Below, one piece after another: positions 20,134 through 29,954 of a DNA stretch of 59,169 nucleotides. Each line of letters begins with the position of its first letter. Position 1 is the first letter of the stretch. Where the stretch lies: positions 1 to 59,169 of IMG/VR virus record IMGVR_UViG_3300024328_000748; one strand, written 5' to 3'. The notes under the pieces were generated by a model. The model was not told the DNA's origin and did no database searches. It worked only from the letters and a program-made list of their open reading frames with translations. Source of the DNA: a virus (Duplodnaviria > Caudoviricetes). A program made the translations under genes and the position numbers.

Positions 20134-21422
20134 TGGCAGATTTTCAATCAGCAGCAAACTACTTAAAAAATACTGATGTAGACTTAGTTACAAGTACTAC
20201 TATAGATGTTGGCACAGGCGAAGTAGAAGCGAGAACAACTAGTTTTAGTTTAAGAGAAATTATTTGTAGTTTACTTGCTGGTAATGGAATTTTACTTCCT
20301 AATTTACAATTATGTTTGAAAATTAATATTGGCAGATTATTAGGAATTCCTGGAATTCCACCAGAGCTATATAAAGCATTACAAGAAGCCGAAGGTGCAT
20401 TAGATGAATTTATTGCACACACAAACATTGATAATGTGTTAGGTAGACTTAATGCCGCAATTGCAGAATTTGCCGCAATTGCTAATATGATTAACTTTTG
20501 TGGAACACCAATTAATCCAAAGCCAATTCCAAATGTATTAGAAGATTTATTTGGGTCCTATTTAGGCGCAGGTAAAGATTTACTTGATAAACTAGGTACA
20601 ATGTTTGATAGTGATGTTGGAGGATGTACAAGTGGCGGCGGATTTAATGCAGGAATATTCCAAGGTGGAGTACTCAAGTCACTCGGTGATATCATTGATG
20701 AATTTGGAAGTATTGCTAATGCACCTGCAAATACAATTGACTCATTAACTAATGAATTAAAAGCGTTTGCATCTGACATGCAAAATCTAGTAGAGTTTGA
20801 AAACAATTTTAGTGGCACAGAATCAAATGGTGGTAGTTCTTTTACAACAGGAACAGAATCGTCAACGCACACAGGTGTTGGAACAGCAATTGACACAAGT
20901 ACACTTACATTATCACATGCACAACAAGTAGCAGGTGGATTAAAATCAGCTTATTCAAGCCTAAGTGGCTATAAGGTTGGTCCTGAAAATAAGAACATAT
21001 TTGAATATCTATTGGAACCAAAAATGCTTGGACAACTTGCATCAGAAGATTTACCTACAGTAAACACAGTTGAAAGAACACCAAATTATGACTATTGTGG
21101 AGTAATTGAATCATACACAGCATCACCTAACAATGTAGTGGAAAAAAGCGCAGGCGCACCACCATCTGCATCAACTGATCCCGGAATAACTGGATTAGCA
21201 GAAAGTGGAATCGTAAGCAATAGTTCACCAATTACAACAACAAATTTAACTAATCCTAACCCAATGGTTAGAAAAACAGTTCCTAATTCAACCATAGGAA
21301 CGCCAGGCGACAAAAAAGGTGATATTGCATCTGACTCGTCGCATATATACATAGCAAATGCAGATTATGATGGATCTACTGCAATTTGGGTAAGATCTGC
21401 CGTAGATCAGTCCTGGTCGTAA
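20133..21422 (+). CDS. Putative baseplate/virion protein
   Basis: Coupled to the PAAR-like gene; C-terminal GTPGDKKGDIASD...IYI...IWVR motif seen in virion fibre proteins. Confidence 0.5.
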   Translation: MADFQSAANYLKNTDVDLVTSTTIDVGTGEVEARTTSFSLREIICSLLAGNGILLPNLQLCLKINIGRLLGIPGIPPELYKALQEAEGALDEFIAHTNIDNVLGRLNAAIAEFAAIANMINFCGTPINPKPIPNVLEDLFGSYLGAGKDLLDKLGTMFDSDVGGCTSGGGFNAGIFQGGVLKSLGDIIDEFGSIANAPANTIDSLTNELKAFASDMQNLVEFENNFSGTESNGGSSFTTGTESSTHTGVGTAIDTSTLTLSHAQQVAGGLKSAYSSLSGYKVGPENKNIFEYLLEPKMLGQLASEDLPTVNTVERTPNYDYCGVIESYTASPNNVVEKSAGAPPSASTDPGITGLAESGIVSNSSPITTTNLTNPNPMVRKTVPNSTIGTPGDKKGDIASDSSHIYIANADYDGSTAIWVRSAVDQSWS

Positions 21423-21448
21423 AAAAATCTAAAAAAACAAGACATTTC

Positions 21449-21479
21449 GGTTGACAAAACCATATCTTACTGTTATATT
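21449..21479 (+). promoter_or_regulatory. Early sigma70-type promoter (GGTTGACA family)
   Basis: GGTTGACA-N17-TATATT. Confidence 0.65.
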
Positions 21480-21516
21480 ATATATAATTGGACTATAAAA
21501 GAAAATCGGTATAAAC

Positions 21517-21804
21517 ATGAGAGCACAAATATATAAAGATGGAGTTAAGCGAATCAATGCTAAAATTGAAGTTCCGCTTAGTGACGAAGATGTTGGCGAC
21601 TATATTCTTAGCGCATTAGTCGGCGAATCTATAGATTTAAAAAGTTTACAGACAATGAATAAACGACAACTTTTACATCTTGCTAAAGAAGAAATTAAAA
21701 CATTTGGCACAGAGAATCCACGAGTACGAGTTAACGGAATAGACAATGACACTGAAGTGATTGTTAAGAATTACGTTAAACAAATGTTCCCCGAACTACA
21801 ATAA
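21517..21804 (+). CDS. Hypothetical protein
   Basis: ORF downstream of the early promoter. Confidence 0.6.
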   Translation: MRAQIYKDGVKRINAKIEVPLSDEDVGDYILSALVGESIDLKSLQTMNKRQLLHLAKEEIKTFGTENPRVRVNGIDNDTEVIVKNYVKQMFPELQ

Positions 21805-21817
21805 CCAGGAGATTATT

Positions 21818-22369
21818 ATGAACAAGATTAAATATTTTATTATAGCAACAGCGATACTATTAGCCAACTCGGCAATTGCTGGTACAGTACAACTAGATGC
21901 AGTTGTAATAAAAGTTGTACCACAATATTCAGAAGTACAAGTAACTACACCCATTAGAACATGTAAAATAGTAGATGTTCCAATTTATGGAAATACTGGT
22001 AAAGCACAAACAGGTGAAGTATTAGGTGGTGCAATTATTGGTGGTATACTAGGTAACCAAGTAGGCGGTGGTAAAGGACAAGATGCTGCAACTATACTAG
22101 GTGCAATTTTAGGGGCAGACTTTGCCAATAAAAAAGGCGGACAACAAACTATCGTTGGATACAAACAAGTAGAACAATGTGAACTTAGAAATAGAATAAC
22201 TACAAAACCTGGGCCTACAACATACAAAGTAACAGTTAAAATGCCTAGTATGGGAAGTAGACAAAACACAAGGAAAGAAGTGTATACATTTACAAGTGAA
22301 ACAAAATATTCAATTAACGAAAAAGTATTCGTAAGTGTTGATTATTCAATCACAGATGTATATAGATAA
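21818..22369 (+). CDS. Glycine-zipper 2TM exported protein
   Basis: Signal peptide MNKIKYFII...; GGAIIGGILGNQVGGGKG...GAILGA; AGGAG SD. Confidence 0.8.
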   Translation: MNKIKYFIIATAILLANSAIAGTVQLDAVVIKVVPQYSEVQVTTPIRTCKIVDVPIYGNTGKAQTGEVLGGAIIGGILGNQVGGGKGQDAATILGAILGADFANKKGGQQTIVGYKQVEQCELRNRITTKPGPTTYKVTVKMPSMGSRQNTRKEVYTFTSETKYSINEKVFVSVDYSITDVYR

Positions 22370-22389
22370 ATAAAAAGTAGAAAGAATAT

Positions 22390-22465
22390 GCCGGTATAGC
22401 TCAGTTGGTAGAGCAACTGATTTGTAATCAGTAGGTCACAAGTTCGAATCCTGTTACCGGCACCA
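22390..22465 (+). tRNA. tRNA-Thr(TGT)
   Basis: Cloverleaf with anticodon arm ACTGA-TTTGTAA-TCAGT, TTCGAAT T-loop and encoded CCA. Confidence 0.95.
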
Positions 22466-22564
22466 GATATAAAGAAAAGGCGATTGGACTGCCGGGCTGC
22501 AAAATGCCTTAAAACGGAAATACAAAAGAGAAACAATTTAATAAGTATAAATATAAAGAGACAT

Positions 22565-22640
22565 GGGGCTGTAGCTCAGTTGGGAGAGCGACTGGTTTGC
22601 AACCAGTAGGTCGTAGGTTCGATCCCTATCAGCTCCACCA
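22565..22640 (+). tRNA. tRNA-Ala(TGC)
   Basis: Cloverleaf with G3:U70 pair, anticodon loop TTTGCAA and encoded CCA. Confidence 0.96.
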
Positions 22641-22645
22641 TTATC

Positions 22646-22672
22646 AACCCAGCCTTAGTGCTGGGTTTTTAT
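22646..22672 (+). terminator. Rho-independent terminator
   Basis: AACCCAGC-CTTAGT-GCTGGGTT followed by a T-run. Confidence 0.85.
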
Positions 22673-22683
22673 TTAGTTTTATA

Positions 22684-22712
22684 TTGACAAATAAATACTA
22701 CTATTATATACT
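22684..22712 (+). promoter_or_regulatory. Sigma70-type promoter (predicted leaderless)
   Basis: TTGACA-N17-TATACT, with ATG 6 nt after the -10. Confidence 0.6.
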
Positions 22713-22718
22713 ATAAAC

Positions 22719-24107
22719 ATGAGACCATATCATTTACTAATACCGTCTGATCAATTAGCTATCAGTGACAAAAATACAAAACTAACTTACAATGAATTTA
22801 TAACAGAAATACACAAAATTAATGCGTGGTATAAACAAAATGGATATCATGCAGGACATAGAATTAGTGTAGTAGGAATAAATTCAGTGCATACGTATTT
22901 GTATCTATTCGCTGCGGCACTTGATATGTGTGCAACCACATTACCATATGGCGGCACTGAAGACGAATGGCGTTTTAGATTAGATTCAAATAACAGTAAT
23001 GCTATTGTGCATGTTAACACAGATGGTACAGTAAAGTTAGAACATTTACATTATGAGAAAAGCACAGTTCTTGATAAAGAAATAATGCTTTACTATAGTA
23101 GTGGCACAAGTCACCCATATGGCTGGACAAAAAGCTATCCAGTTCCATATGAATTAGATGAAAATAATTATGGCACTAGTCAAGATGTAACACACTATTA
23201 TCGTGAACGTGGAAACAAATGGTATCGTAACCCAGAAACAAACAAAACAATAAATGCAATGGCACCTTACATTGGGTGGGGACAAGAAGTTACATTTACA
23301 ACTATTGCCAAAGGCGGTCATGTGCATCTTATTGATAAACAAAGTGAATACACAGAAGCATGTAAATGGGTAAAACCCACATGGTTAGCAGGCTTTCCTT
23401 TAGCATGGCAAAAAGTAATAGACAGTGGTGATAATGGTGGTCATAATATTAAAGTGTTTGAATACAGTGGTGCAAAACTTATTGATGGACAAAAGGAAGA
23501 GTTTGAAAACTTCTTTGGACATAGTAATTGGATATGTGGATATGGAGACGCTGCAACAGGAATGACACTTGTTAATTACAGCAATAACTTTGATACAATA
23601 GGTAAGCCAATACAGTGTCTTGTTAATGCTGGTGCCGAATATAGACTGTCAAATGAAAATAGCACTATTGAATTTAGAGGTCCCATGACACCAGATGGTG
23701 ATTGGTGGGATACAGGAGATATAGCTGAAATAGACAGTAATGGAGATTGGATACTAAAAGGTAGAGCAAACGAACTTATTATTGTGCGTGGCGGAGGCAA
23801 AGTATATCCATTCGAAGTAGAACATGTTATGTCACAGCATCCTAATGTGAAGGAAGTATATGTTTATCCACAGCCAGATGATAAATTACACTTTGTTCCT
23901 GCATGCATATACAGTGGAGATATAAGTCCAGCAGAATTAAAAGAATGGTGCAAAAGTAAAATGCAATCTTTTAAATGTCCAGTAAAATATACAAGATTAA
24001 CAGATACAATCGCAGTATTAGGACAAGCTGCGTGTATACCAAAGGTAAGTCGAGTAAATATGTATAATACATTAAATGATAACCCAGAATGGATTAAAGA
24101 TGAGTAA
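22719..24107 (+). CDS. ANL-family adenylate-forming (AMP-binding) enzyme
   Basis: YYSSGT P-loop, GYGDAATG, DTGD, GRANELI...GGKVYPFEVE, terminal K in PKVSR. Confidence 0.8.
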   Translation: MRPYHLLIPSDQLAISDKNTKLTYNEFITEIHKINAWYKQNGYHAGHRISVVGINSVHTYLYLFAAALDMCATTLPYGGTEDEWRFRLDSNNSNAIVHVNTDGTVKLEHLHYEKSTVLDKEIMLYYSSGTSHPYGWTKSYPVPYELDENNYGTSQDVTHYYRERGNKWYRNPETNKTINAMAPYIGWGQEVTFTTIAKGGHVHLIDKQSEYTEACKWVKPTWLAGFPLAWQKVIDSGDNGGHNIKVFEYSGAKLIDGQKEEFENFFGHSNWICGYGDAATGMTLVNYSNNFDTIGKPIQCLVNAGAEYRLSNENSTIEFRGPMTPDGDWWDTGDIAEIDSNGDWILKGRANELIIVRGGGKVYPFEVEHVMSQHPNVKEVYVYPQPDDKLHFVPACIYSGDISPAELKEWCKSKMQSFKCPVKYTRLTDTIAVLGQAACIPKVSRVNMYNTLNDNPEWIKDE

Positions 24108-24705
24108 TCTAAAACAAAATTTAGGTGATAGTTATAACAACGGCTTTGATGATGCAAACGAACAAATAAAGTTATATAGCACGTGGGAAACATATACGAA
24201 AGATATATGCGAAGAAGCAGGCTGGTTAGGACCGTTAAAAACAACACAGTATGTAATAGACAATGTCGATGTTAGACATGAGATTGCTGACCTTGCCTGT
24301 GGACCAGGTCCTGGTGGTGAAATATTATGGCAAAAGGGATATGCTAATGTTGATGGATACGATCTAACCAAAACATTTCTAGAGAAAGCAAAACAACATT
24401 ATAGAAATGTTAGTGTCATTGATATTGTAAAACAACCATTGCCTAAACAATATGATATAATATTAGCAAGTGGATTGTTTACAAAAGGACATCTAAGTTC
24501 AGCACCAGCAGAAAATATTGCAAACAGTCTAAAAGAAAATGGACTGTTGATTATTACAACACCACATATGGATGATTATGACTACATAGCAGAATCAGGT
24601 TGGGATAAACAAACATTCTTAACACAAATAGAATGCATAGGTCCATGGCCAAGTTTAGTTACAACACATCAACATTATCATTACCTTCGAGTATACAAAA
24701 AATGA
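24100..24705 (+). CDS. Class I SAM-dependent methyltransferase
   Basis: DLACGPG, DGYDL, YDII, LKENG. Confidence 0.85.
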   Translation: MSNLKQNLGDSYNNGFDDANEQIKLYSTWETYTKDICEEAGWLGPLKTTQYVIDNVDVRHEIADLACGPGPGGEILWQKGYANVDGYDLTKTFLEKAKQHYRNVSVIDIVKQPLPKQYDIILASGLFTKGHLSSAPAENIANSLKENGLLIITTPHMDDYDYIAESGWDKQTFLTQIECIGPWPSLVTTHQHYHYLRVYKK

Positions 24706-26558
24706 AGAATATATATCTTGCAAACTTTAGTATGACAATCAACCCAGGCGAGCATAAATTCTTGCCTTATAGTGTTGCTGGTCTATGGACTTATGCTGAG
24801 CAAGATGAACAAGTTAAAAACAATTATCAGTTGGCAGGAATTTACTACGACAAAGTAGATCACGATGAAATATTAGACGAACTCGACAATCCATTTCTAT
24901 TTGGTTTTAGTGTTTACATTTGGAATGAAAATTATACAAATATACTATCACAAAAAATTAAAGAACGCTGGCCAGAATGCATTATTGTTTATGGTGGTCC
25001 ACAAGTTCCACAAGATTCAAAAAACAAATGGTGGAATGAACATGAATATGTAGATGTTGTAGTATTTAAAGAAGGCGAAGAAATATTCAAGGATATACTA
25101 AAAAATCCAGATAAGAAATGGATATCTGAACAAATTAATACAGCGGTTAACTTTGGAACACATTGGAGTAATAGTGTATCAAATGATAAACGTGCAACAC
25201 GACAACGTGATTTAACTAAGTTACCAAGTCCGTATCTAAGTGGAACAATGGGCAAACCTAAAAAGCATCATGCTATGCTGTTTGAAACAAATAGAGGCTG
25301 TCCATATGCTTGCACATTTTGTGATTGGGGTGGACTAACATACAGTAAACTTGTTAACCACGATATTAACAGGTTAGAAGCAGAAATAGAGTATGCAGGC
25401 AAAAACAAGATTGGATTCTTATACAGTGTTGATGCTAACTTTGGTATTCTCAAAGACCGAGATAATTCCATTGCTGATATGATTATTGCTACAAAGAAAA
25501 AGTATGGATATCCAAAAACATTTTTTGCTAATTGGGCCAAAAATGCAAACGAAGATATATTAAAAATAGCAAAGAAAATGTATGATGCAGAACTTATCAA
25601 AAGTTTTATTATGAGTTTGCAAACATTAACACCATTGGCAATTGAACTTATTAAACGTGATAACATGGATAGCAACGATTATGAATACTTTGCTAAACGT
25701 TGTAGTGAAATAGGTTTGCCATTTGACTGTGAACTTATTATTGGTAATCCAGGAGAAACATTAGACAGTTGGAAAGATACATATTTAGAAATTACAAAAT
25801 ATGATTCATTGTCAACATACTTGTATCCATTAGCACTATTACCAAATGCTGAAATAAGCACTACAGAAAGTAGAGAACGATTTGGATTTAAAACTGTTCG
25901 TAAACCATTTCCAGGTGTATTAAATGAGAACACTCCAGAAGAGATTGAATTAGTAGTAGAAACCAATTGGTTAACAGAATCCGATATGAGAGAAATATGG
26001 GAATGGACATGGACTACACGAACAGGACATGAGTTTAACCTTTTACGTGATGCTGCAGACTATTTAACTAGACAAAAAATTGTAACTAAAAAACAGTTTT
26101 ATGATGATTGGTATAAGTTTGTTGTTAATAGTAATGGTATAACAAAAAAGCATTTTAACAAAGCAAAAGGCAGAATTGATGATTATGTATTTGGATTAGC
26201 AAGTCAAAGTTTAGGATATAAAGAAAATATAAGTGATCACCGTGATAAGTTTTATGCAGAAGTAAAAATATTTTTACTACAGTATGAAATTGAAGAATGG
26301 CTACTTGATGAATTATTACGCTATTGTGATGCTAGATTATTTAATCACAACATAGAATATCCACATACACAAACGTTTGATTACGACTTTATACATGATG
26401 TAAAACGAGAAACAACAATAGAGTTTACACCAACACTAAGAGGCGCCGCTTCTACTACAGCTCAAATGCTACTCGACGGTAGTGATAAAGTAAGTGAAAA
26501 TTTCAAAGCAAAGGTGACAATGACATGCACACTGAACAATCCAAAAATAATTTTATAG
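24702..26558 (+). CDS. Cobalamin-binding radical SAM enzyme
   Basis: N-terminal B12-binding domain (GFSVYIWN, VYGGPQ, EGE) and RGCPYACTFC, GNPGET. Confidence 0.88.
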   Translation: MKNIYLANFSMTINPGEHKFLPYSVAGLWTYAEQDEQVKNNYQLAGIYYDKVDHDEILDELDNPFLFGFSVYIWNENYTNILSQKIKERWPECIIVYGGPQVPQDSKNKWWNEHEYVDVVVFKEGEEIFKDILKNPDKKWISEQINTAVNFGTHWSNSVSNDKRATRQRDLTKLPSPYLSGTMGKPKKHHAMLFETNRGCPYACTFCDWGGLTYSKLVNHDINRLEAEIEYAGKNKIGFLYSVDANFGILKDRDNSIADMIIATKKKYGYPKTFFANWAKNANEDILKIAKKMYDAELIKSFIMSLQTLTPLAIELIKRDNMDSNDYEYFAKRCSEIGLPFDCELIIGNPGETLDSWKDTYLEITKYDSLSTYLYPLALLPNAEISTTESRERFGFKTVRKPFPGVLNENTPEEIELVVETNWLTESDMREIWEWTWTTRTGHEFNLLRDAADYLTRQKIVTKKQFYDDWYKFVVNSNGITKKHFNKAKGRIDDYVFGLASQSLGYKENISDHRDKFYAEVKIFLLQYEIEEWLLDELLRYCDARLFNHNIEYPHTQTFDYDFIHDVKRETTIEFTPTLRGAASTTAQMLLDGSDKVSENFKAKVTMTCTLNNPKIIL

Positions 26559-27082
26559 TAGAAACTTCAGTTGAATACAATCCTGATGACTTTGCATACA
26601 TGTATGCAAAATACGACAGTGAGTTTGAAATGTATCACAGTAGACATGGATCACCACTGGGTTTAGAAGTTGTTTACAATCCAGATATATTACAAGAGCC
26701 AATTGTAGATCATTGGGTAAAGTATTTTACCAAGCATGGATTTGAATTTAATTTTGACATGAACGATGACATGGAAGGAAGTGGACAAGCAGGCTTTCAA
26801 CTTATTAGAACTAATTTATTAGAAGGACAAGATTTAAGCATACATCAAGATGGATATAGAAATGCAGGATTAGTTATACCATTAAGTTTCCCACAAAGTA
26901 TACAATGGTATGACAAAGACAACAACGAATTATACAATCATGAATACACACAGATTACCTGCATAAATGCCGGCGGCGCTAGACACGGAGTAAAATACTC
27001 AGCTGAAAAGCGTTGGCAGTTTCAATTTGATGTGTTTAATACTTGGGAAGAACTACAAGATCTTATTTTAAAAATTGCTTGA
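26525..27082 (+). CDS. 2OG-Fe(II) oxygenase-like protein
   Basis: HQD...HGV...R triad pattern. Confidence 0.5.
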   Translation: MHTEQSKNNFIVETSVEYNPDDFAYMYAKYDSEFEMYHSRHGSPLGLEVVYNPDILQEPIVDHWVKYFTKHGFEFNFDMNDDMEGSGQAGFQLIRTNLLEGQDLSIHQDGYRNAGLVIPLSFPQSIQWYDKDNNELYNHEYTQITCINAGGARHGVKYSAEKRWQFQFDVFNTWEELQDLILKIA

Positions 27083-27779
27083 TCTCTTTCCAGTTCTTAT
27101 CTTTGACATTCAATACTAGCTGGTGATCAGTATTGACTCTTTCTTTCATTCTATGAGTGAATGTAGTTGTTATACTATCTTTGTATTCGTTGTAGTAATC
27201 ATCTTTGTATAAAGTTCCGTGTGTGCGTTGAGCCCATATATCTGCAAAAGTAAAATCCTTTTTTGATTCACGCAAACACTGTAGGAATATTAAGTGTGGA
27301 TTATCTTCTGGAACTAAATTAGCCATTCTAAGCCACCCAGGAAACTTTGCAGTAGTTTGCATATAGCGTTCTACTAGTGAGTCTACATCGTGTATTAAGT
27401 TAATTACTTTACATTCTGGAAACCAACGTAATAGTTCATTAGGCTTACTATGTGTGCAATACACGAACGATTTATCTGTGCTTGGCGCTAACCTTGTAAA
27501 TTCCTTTTTAAATACACTATAATAATATTCTGGAAATGGAAAAAAGTCCTTAACATAATCCCATGTAGGCGGAAGTTTGCCATCTGGCACAATTCTGTCA
27601 AAGTGTGCTGGTGCAACACTACGTTGTCTTATTGTAGTGTTCTTTGTGTTTATATTCCATGGATTAATTCCATTGTCGGCATGACTATACCAATACATAT
27701 TTGGAAGTGCTGAAATAGTTCTAGCAAACCTATGTCCACCACCACCATTTTCAAAACTAACAAATACAATATTATTCAT
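27063..27779 (-). CDS. Hypothetical protein (sulfotransferase-like P-loop suspected)
   Basis: N-terminal FVSFENGGGGH and later TH...FPECKVINL pattern. Confidence 0.45.
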   Translation of the reverse strand: MNNIVFVSFENGGGGHRFARTISALPNMYWYSHADNGINPWNINTKNTTIRQRSVAPAHFDRIVPDGKLPPTWDYVKDFFPFPEYYYSVFKKEFTRLAPSTDKSFVYCTHSKPNELLRWFPECKVINLIHDVDSLVERYMQTTAKFPGWLRMANLVPEDNPHLIFLQCLRESKKDFTFADIWAQRTHGTLYKDDYYNEYKDSITTTFTHRMKERVNTDHQLVLNVKDKNWKEIKQFLK

Positions 27780-28308
27780 TTACTATAATTCCCATTTGAC
27801 GCATTTTGTCTGTTGCTTCTTCTACAGACCCAATTGACGCACATGCATTTTTGATAACAGTAACATTATAACCTAATTTAGCTGCATCTGTGGCACTCCA
27901 TGCCACACAATAATCATATGCTACACCAACAAAGTCTAAGTCTGTGATACCAAGTTGTTGTAAGTATCCATGTAAGCCTGTTGTTGTAGTGTGATCGTTT
28001 TCGTAAAAAGCACTATAACTGTCTATGTGTTGTCTAAACCCTTTACGCACAATCAGTTGTGCTTTATGTGTATCTAATTCGTCTACACACTCGGCACCTT
28101 TTGTATTTGCTACACAGTGAACAGGCCATGTTGTTTCAAAACTACTATGGTCTTCTGGATGCCAATCTTGTGTGATAATAATATGCGAGTATTGATCTTG
28201 TAATTCGTTTATCTTTGGTATAACATGTTCAGCACCTTCAACAGGTAAACTGCCCCAACTCATAAAGTCGTTTTGAACGTCAACTATTATTAGCGCCTTA
28301 TTTTCCAT
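27772..28308 (-). CDS. pncA: Nicotinamidase/pyrazinamidase
   Basis: IIVDVQNDF, DWHPEDH, WPVHCV, RKG...DSYSAF, GVAYDYCV. Confidence 0.9.
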   Translation of the reverse strand: MENKALIIVDVQNDFMSWGSLPVEGAEHVIPKINELQDQYSHIIITQDWHPEDHSSFETTWPVHCVANTKGAECVDELDTHKAQLIVRKGFRQHIDSYSAFYENDHTTTTGLHGYLQQLGITDLDFVGVAYDYCVAWSATDAAKLGYNVTVIKNACASIGSVEEATDKMRQMGIIVNE

Positions 28309-29041
28309 ACATGTCATAATACCACCTAGCATGAATGTTATGGAGAGCAAAATAGTCATCGTCCATCCATTCTGGATTACTTTTTAATACATTTACTTCT
28401 ATACAACTTGGTGTTTCGGCCAATACCCATTCTGCACTTTGTTTTACAATTTCATCTGGGTGTAATACATATGTTTTATCAATATAGGGACGTTCACCTT
28501 CAAGTTGTTCACCGTCTGTTGTGCTAACGTTAACAAATAAGCTACTCACCATATTGTTGTGTTCGTTGTCACCATAAAATTTTCTATATAATCCACGCAA
28601 TATATCTTTTGCTTTTGTAAAACTATTCCAATAAGGAACATCATATAAATCAGCAGTTGAACCAATTGCTACAATACGTAAATGTTCAGCATCATTTCCT
28701 AGTTTGTATAATGCAGGAGTTATATTAGCAAATGTAGTTACATTGCTATTAAATATACTGTCGTCTAGTCCATCACCGTCACTGTCTATAATAGGATGAT
28801 TCTCATCTTCAAATCTAAACTCTCCAGGTAAATGTATATACACAACTAATCTATCTGATATTTCACTAAAGAAATCTTCAGGCACAGGTGACATTAAGTC
28901 ACATGTCATATGTGTGTATGCTAATCCATCAACAGGAGTGTCAGTACGACTAATTCCATATATTTTTCCATAATTTTTTAAGTGGTGGGCATATGCTAAC
29001 CCAATGTCTGATCTAATGCCAGCAATAACAAATGATATCAT
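28298..29041 (-). CDS. Short-chain dehydrogenase-like Rossmann protein
   Basis: VIAGIRSDIG, GISR and CDL motifs; the YxxxK position is replaced by FTKAK. Confidence 0.55.
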   Translation of the reverse strand: MISFVIAGIRSDIGLAYAHHLKNYGKIYGISRTDTPVDGLAYTHMTCDLMSPVPEDFFSEISDRLVVYIHLPGEFRFEDENHPIIDSDGDGLDDSIFNSNVTTFANITPALYKLGNDAEHLRIVAIGSTADLYDVPYWNSFTKAKDILRGLYRKFYGDNEHNNMVSSLFVNVSTTDGEQLEGERPYIDKTYVLHPDEIVKQSAEWVLAETPSCIEVNVLKSNPEWMDDDYFALHNIHARWYYDMYGK

Positions 29042-29053
29042 GTTTGTCTTTCT

Positions 29054-29575
29054 CTAAAAATGTCTATTTCGTATGTTAGTGTAATTTTCTACGTTAACTT
29101 TCCATATACTTTGTTGTGTATAAAATATCTCTTCATCTCCACAGTATTCTACCATTTGTCCATGCTTTTCCATTATAGAAAATGATTTATGTATTCTATT
29201 CATTCTGCCACTAGAGTCGTTAGCAACATTTGTTGTGATATAAACAGGAGCCCCCATTGCAAATTCTAATTGCAGAGGCAAATGGTCTGCTATACAAAAA
29301 CTTTGCATTTGGTATCTAGTTAGTCCATTAATTGACTTTGGTTCTAATTGAGCACCCCTAAACAATGCTCTAAATCCATCTTTGAATAAATGTATACCAC
29401 TGATAGCTATTAACTTGCCATCCTTGAATGTTCCATGCCACATACCATTCTCTAAACACCAGTCAAATTTTAATGACTTTAGAGAGTTATTATTTTTGTA
29501 ACCTAATTTATCGCATTCAGCAATAAATTCTTCTAGTTCTGGTGTTACTTGGTCTAGTAGAGTTGTGTTTATCAT
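29054..29575 (-). CDS. Hypothetical protein (GNAT-like suspected)
   Basis: KDGKLIAISG...RALFRG pattern. Confidence 0.45.
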   Translation of the reverse strand: MINTTLLDQVTPELEEFIAECDKLGYKNNNSLKSLKFDWCLENGMWHGTFKDGKLIAISGIHLFKDGFRALFRGAQLEPKSINGLTRYQMQSFCIADHLPLQLEFAMGAPVYITTNVANDSSGRMNRIHKSFSIMEKHGQMVEYCGDEEIFYTQQSIWKVNVENYTNIRNRHF

Positions 29576-29581
29576 GCTTAT

Positions 29582-29624
29582 ATTATACTATTTGGTTGAC
29601 AATTTGTCAAGATATACTTATAAT
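29582..29624. promoter_or_regulatory. Overlapping divergent sigma70 promoters
   Basis: Palindrome TTGACAATTTGTCAA gives TTGACA-N17-TATAAT on both strands. Confidence 0.75.
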
Positions 29625-29671
29625 AAATAAAGTAGTAATGTATTTATATAATCAACATGAGGTAAGAAACA

Positions 29672-29953
29672 ATGTGGTTTAATTGGACGCATCTTAGAGA
29701 TGCAGAATATCTTAGTAAAAGTAAACGTGAAAATGCAGTAGTGTTATACTTTAAGCATATGTGGGTAGGATTTAGAGAAGCAGGTAAACAATTGCTTATG
29801 GCCATTGCTAGTGTACTACACGCAATATTTCCACCATTGTTTGATTTTAAATTACTTGATATAGTAATTAATCAAACTATAGGCTTACATAAATTTTTGC
29901 CAGACCATCCAAGTTGGCAGAGACTAAAAGACGAATTAAAAAAGAAGAAATAA
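29672..29953 (+). CDS. DUF6356-like protein (second copy)
   Basis: HL...YFKHM...SVLHAIFPPLF pattern. Confidence 0.5.
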   Translation: MWFNWTHLRDAEYLSKSKRENAVVLYFKHMWVGFREAGKQLLMAIASVLHAIFPPLFDFKLLDIVINQTIGLHKFLPDHPSWQRLKDELKKKK

Positions 29954-29954
29954 T

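Noticed and set aside
22438-22454. A:C mismatch in the tRNA-Thr T-stem as a sign of pseudogenisation
   Set aside because: It is a single mismatch, with all other conserved positions and CCA intact.
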